DNA of 64,000 nt from Candidatus Chisholmbacteria bacterium (GTDB lineage Bacteria; Patescibacteriota; Microgenomatia; UBA1400; Chisholmbacteraceae), in assembly GCA_963704905.1 (NCBI GenBank), contig CAVPHZ010000001.1, positions 579,438 through 643,437 on the forward strand, written 5' to 3'. The notes below the pieces were generated by a model. That model was not told the DNA's origin, ran no database searches, and worked only from the letters and a program-made list of their open reading frames with translations. The position numbers were made by a program, and so were the translations under genes. Positions 61,633 to 64,000 of the stretch are shown piece by piece (the first letter of the stretch is position 1; each line of letters starts with the position of its first letter).

Positions 61633-62862
61633 ATGAATGGAACTGAGCATAAAACCCTCAGCGTAAGGGCAGGTAGTCGAAAAAAAGTAGGTATTGTGCG
61701 TGGTCCTGGGTTGTCGAAGTGGGAAATGCGGATTTATGAACCTTTGGAGGAGTGGTTTGATCTGACTGGGATAGGGAGTACGAGACCCGGGAATGATGTT
61801 TCTGGGATAACGTTTCCAGTGAAGAAGCTTATTTGTCCAGCTCAATATTTCTATTGGCTACCAAAACTGATTCCGATTCTGTACAGCACTGCTGGAGACA
61901 CGCAGTGGCTTCTCAATTTCTCTCAAGCAGTTCAGGGTATGAGACTTCTGCATGCTGTTGAATTACGAAATGGCTATAGCTTGCAAGCGGTGAGGGCGAA
62001 GCAGGCGGGACTCGTTGAGGCTGTAACGCTTACAGTGTATGAGAATATTCCTTTTACTGGGGATGGCTACCCACGGCGAAAACGAATCAAGGAAGAGGTT
62101 CTAGCAGGTGTTGATCACTTTCTAGCAGCCAATGAAATGGCTCGGCAGGCGTTGTTGTTAGAGGGAGCCTCTGATGAGCGAATCTCAGTTGTATCACAGA
62201 GTGTAGATACACATCGTTTTACTCCAATTCATACCTCAAAAACTCAACATCAGAAGTTTAGAAAACAATTGGGAATTGGAAATAATGATTATGTTGTACT
62301 TTCGATTGGGAGGATGGTTTGGGAGAAAGGGTGGGAGGATCTCCTGGCTGCTGCCAGGAGAATTTTCAATGTCCAAGGTTCAATGATCAAGAAGAGGAAT
62401 GTACGGTTTTTGTGTGTTGGGGAAGGTCCGACGCTTGGGAGGTACAGAGAATTGGTTGTGCAATTAGGTCTTGAAAAGTCGGTACTCTTTCCTGGTGGGA
62501 TTGCGTATCGTGATATGCCTGATATTTTTCGGTTGGCTGATGTGTTTGTCTATGCTAGCTTACCTACGTCAGTTTGGAATGCGCAATTTGGAGGTGTACT
62601 CATTGAGGCAATGGCGACTGGACTTCCGATTGTAGGTACTCTCTCTGGTGGAACACGGGATGATACGGTTGGTCGAGATGGAGGGATTTTTGTTCAACCG
62701 CAGCATTTTTCAAGACTGGCGGATGCGATTTTAAAGTTATACAGAGAACCGGGACTGGGAAAAAACATTGGGAGGAGAAATCGGTCTGTTGCCACTCGAC
62801 AATATGATACTCTAGTGGTGGCTGGGCAGATTAAACATATTTGGGAAAAAGTCATGAGTTAA
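61633..62862 (+). CDS. Family-4 glycosyltransferase (GT-B fold, Glycos_transf_1 type).
   Basis: The C-terminal domain has 'FLCVGEGP', 'ADVFVYASLPTSVWNAQFGGVLIEAMATGLPIV' (the E-x7-E region) and 'GGIFVQP'. Confidence 0.7.
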   Translation: MNGTEHKTLSVRAGSRKKVGIVRGPGLSKWEMRIYEPLEEWFDLTGIGSTRPGNDVSGITFPVKKLICPAQYFYWLPKLIPILYSTAGDTQWLLNFSQAVQGMRLLHAVELRNGYSLQAVRAKQAGLVEAVTLTVYENIPFTGDGYPRRKRIKEEVLAGVDHFLAANEMARQALLLEGASDERISVVSQSVDTHRFTPIHTSKTQHQKFRKQLGIGNNDYVVLSIGRMVWEKGWEDLLAAARRIFNVQGSMIKKRNVRFLCVGEGPTLGRYRELVVQLGLEKSVLFPGGIAYRDMPDIFRLADVFVYASLPTSVWNAQFGGVLIEAMATGLPIVGTLSGGTRDDTVGRDGGIFVQPQHFSRLADAILKLYREPGLGKNIGRRNRSVATRQYDTLVVAGQIKHIWEKVMS

Positions 62863-62870
62863 AAAATATT

Positions 62871-64000
62871 ATGGCAAATCATAATCTTAGAAGTACTAGC
62901 GTCTATCCGGTTATACCTCATGCTTTTGAAGTGCTTGTGAAGAAGCGAGCGGTTAGCGGAGTGTTTGTATTGGGTTTGAGGAGGATAGTCTTTCAGCTTA
63001 TTCTTACAGGGGGAAACATTGTTTTAGCGAGATTGTTTTTTCCTGAGATTATCGGACAGTTTACCATTATCAGTTTTATTGTGACTTTTTTTAGTGTCTC
63101 AACAGATTTGGGTTTGGGTCAGGCTTTAGTGCAAAAGTCGAGTAGACCAACGCTTACAGAGTTGCGGACAGTATTTACGGTTCATCTTTTATTAGGGATT
63201 TTTTCGTTTTCTGCTGCTTATCTTTCAGCTCCCTTCATTGCTGCTTTTTATCACGAACAACTGGGTGACCAGGGAGCTTTTCTTATCCGCTTCATGGCTG
63301 TGAGCTTGCTGTTTTATGGTTTACGGAGAGTGTCTTCGTTTATTCTTGAGAGAGAGTTGCGGTTTATGCGCTTCAGTATTGGAGAAATTCTTGAGATAGT
63401 AACTATTCAAGGAATGACAATTTTCTTTGCTCTCTCAGGTTATGGCTTAGAAAGTTTTGTTTTTGGGGCTGTTATTGGACGCATCGTTGGGTTTATTGCT
63501 TTTTTTCTTCTTTCTCCTTGGTCAATCGGATTTTCTTTTTCTGTGAAGCGATTACGAAGGTTGCTCGAGTTTGGTGTGCCAATGCAGATCAATATTCTGA
63601 TAGGTTTAGTTAATGGCGCATTAGCACCTCTGTTTATTGGAAAATTTCCTGGCCCAGGTGGATATTCTGGTACTGAAGCTGTTGGTTTGATTTCGTGGGC
63701 TGGTGGACTGGCTCTTGCAAGTCAAGCAGTTTCTGAATTAGTACAGCGGATTATTTTTCCTGCCGTATCGCGACTTCAGGAAGAGCCTCGTTTGCTCGCT
63801 CCGATCATCGAGCGCGGGTTGCTCCTGGCAAGCTTTCTTTCTTTTCCAATGATGGCCTTGATTGCAGGTTTGGCTAGACCGATCACTTATCTGATTTACT
63901 CAGATAAGTGGTTGCCGGGACTGCTTGTGTTGTATCTTCTTCTTGTTCATTCTGCGGTGATGGTTCTTTGGACTGTGCTTATGCCAGTGTTTTTAGGACT
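62871..64000 (+). CDS. Wzx-like polysaccharide/oligosaccharide flippase (MOP superfamily), 3'-truncated by the window edge.
   Basis: It translates from the ATG at 62871 (MANHNLRSTSVYP...) and stays open to the end of the window. It is multi-TM with charged residues in helices, and 'polysaccharide biosynthesis protein'-like blocks ('VPMQINILIGLVNGALAPLFIGKF', 'RLLAPIIERGLLLASFLSFPMMALIAGLARPI'). It is absent from the ORF track because no stop falls within the window. Confidence 0.6.
   Translation, partial: MANHNLRSTSVYPVIPHAFEVLVKKRAVSGVFVLGLRRIVFQLILTGGNIVLARLFFPEIIGQFTIISFIVTFFSVSTDLGLGQALVQKSSRPTLTELRTVFTVHLLLGIFSFSAAYLSAPFIAAFYHEQLGDQGAFLIRFMAVSLLFYGLRRVSSFILERELRFMRFSIGEILEIVTIQGMTIFFALSGYGLESFVFGAVIGRIVGFIAFFLLSPWSIGFSFSVKRLRRLLEFGVPMQINILIGLVNGALAPLFIGKFPGPGGYSGTEAVGLISWAGGLALASQAVSELVQRIIFPAVSRLQEEPRLLAPIIERGLLLASFLSFPMMALIAGLARPITYLIYSDKWLPGLLVLYLLLVHSAVMVLWTVLMPVFLG

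Overview
This 64-kb window is dominated by two giant, highly repetitive cell-surface protein genes on the + strand, followed by a compact surface-anchoring and glycosylation neighbourhood. All calls below come from reading the supplied translations and nucleotides; no searches or computations were run.

- **Giant gene 1 (positions 2 to ~19826, continuing upstream of the window).** It is broken into three large ORFs: a +1 frameshift at ~14040, and an in-frame TGA at 15984-15986 flanked by two compensating 1-nt indels. Fragmented frames at its 3' end (19756-21459) suggest further lesions.
- **Gap 21600-24585.** It holds a LytR_C-type membrane protein gene with a textbook sigma70-like promoter and a ~2-kb AT-rich non-coding stretch.
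- **Giant gene 2 (24586-50064, 8492 aa, intact).** It has an unusual chimeric architecture:
  - an N-terminal tandem duplication (705-bp unit with a 581-bp 100 % identical core) of a transposase-like (IS630-type) HTH DNA-binding module;
  - two TM segments, then a processive family-2 glycosyltransferase (GT2) catalytic domain with D-x-D, ED and Q-x-x-R-W motifs, and further TM helices;
  - a ~7000-aa extracellular repetitive region with nested recent internal duplications, six Cys-bounded ~65-aa modules and a BNR/Asp-box motif;
  - a C-terminal tripartite sorting-signal-like tail (IPEQ, hydrophobic helix, KRLREKK).
- **Downstream neighbourhood.** Immediately 3' lie a short exosortase/archaeosortase-family-like membrane protein, a small acidic secreted protein with a C-terminal anchor, and a sortase (H / TLxTC / R motifs). 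The rest is a surface-glycan cluster:
  - three paralogous multi-TM GT-C-like membrane proteins;
  - a membrane-tethered excisionase/MerR-type HTH protein;
  - a frameshifted GT2;
  - an NAD-dependent epimerase/dehydratase;
  - a GT4;
  - a 3'-truncated Wzx-like flippase.
- **Absent.** No rRNA, tRNA or CRISPR array was recognised.
- **Composition.** Coding regions are ~45-50 % GC and intergenic regions are strikingly AT-rich. Together with the giant genes and the co-occurring sortase and exosortase-like genes, this suggests an uncultivated or streamlined lineage, but that is speculation.
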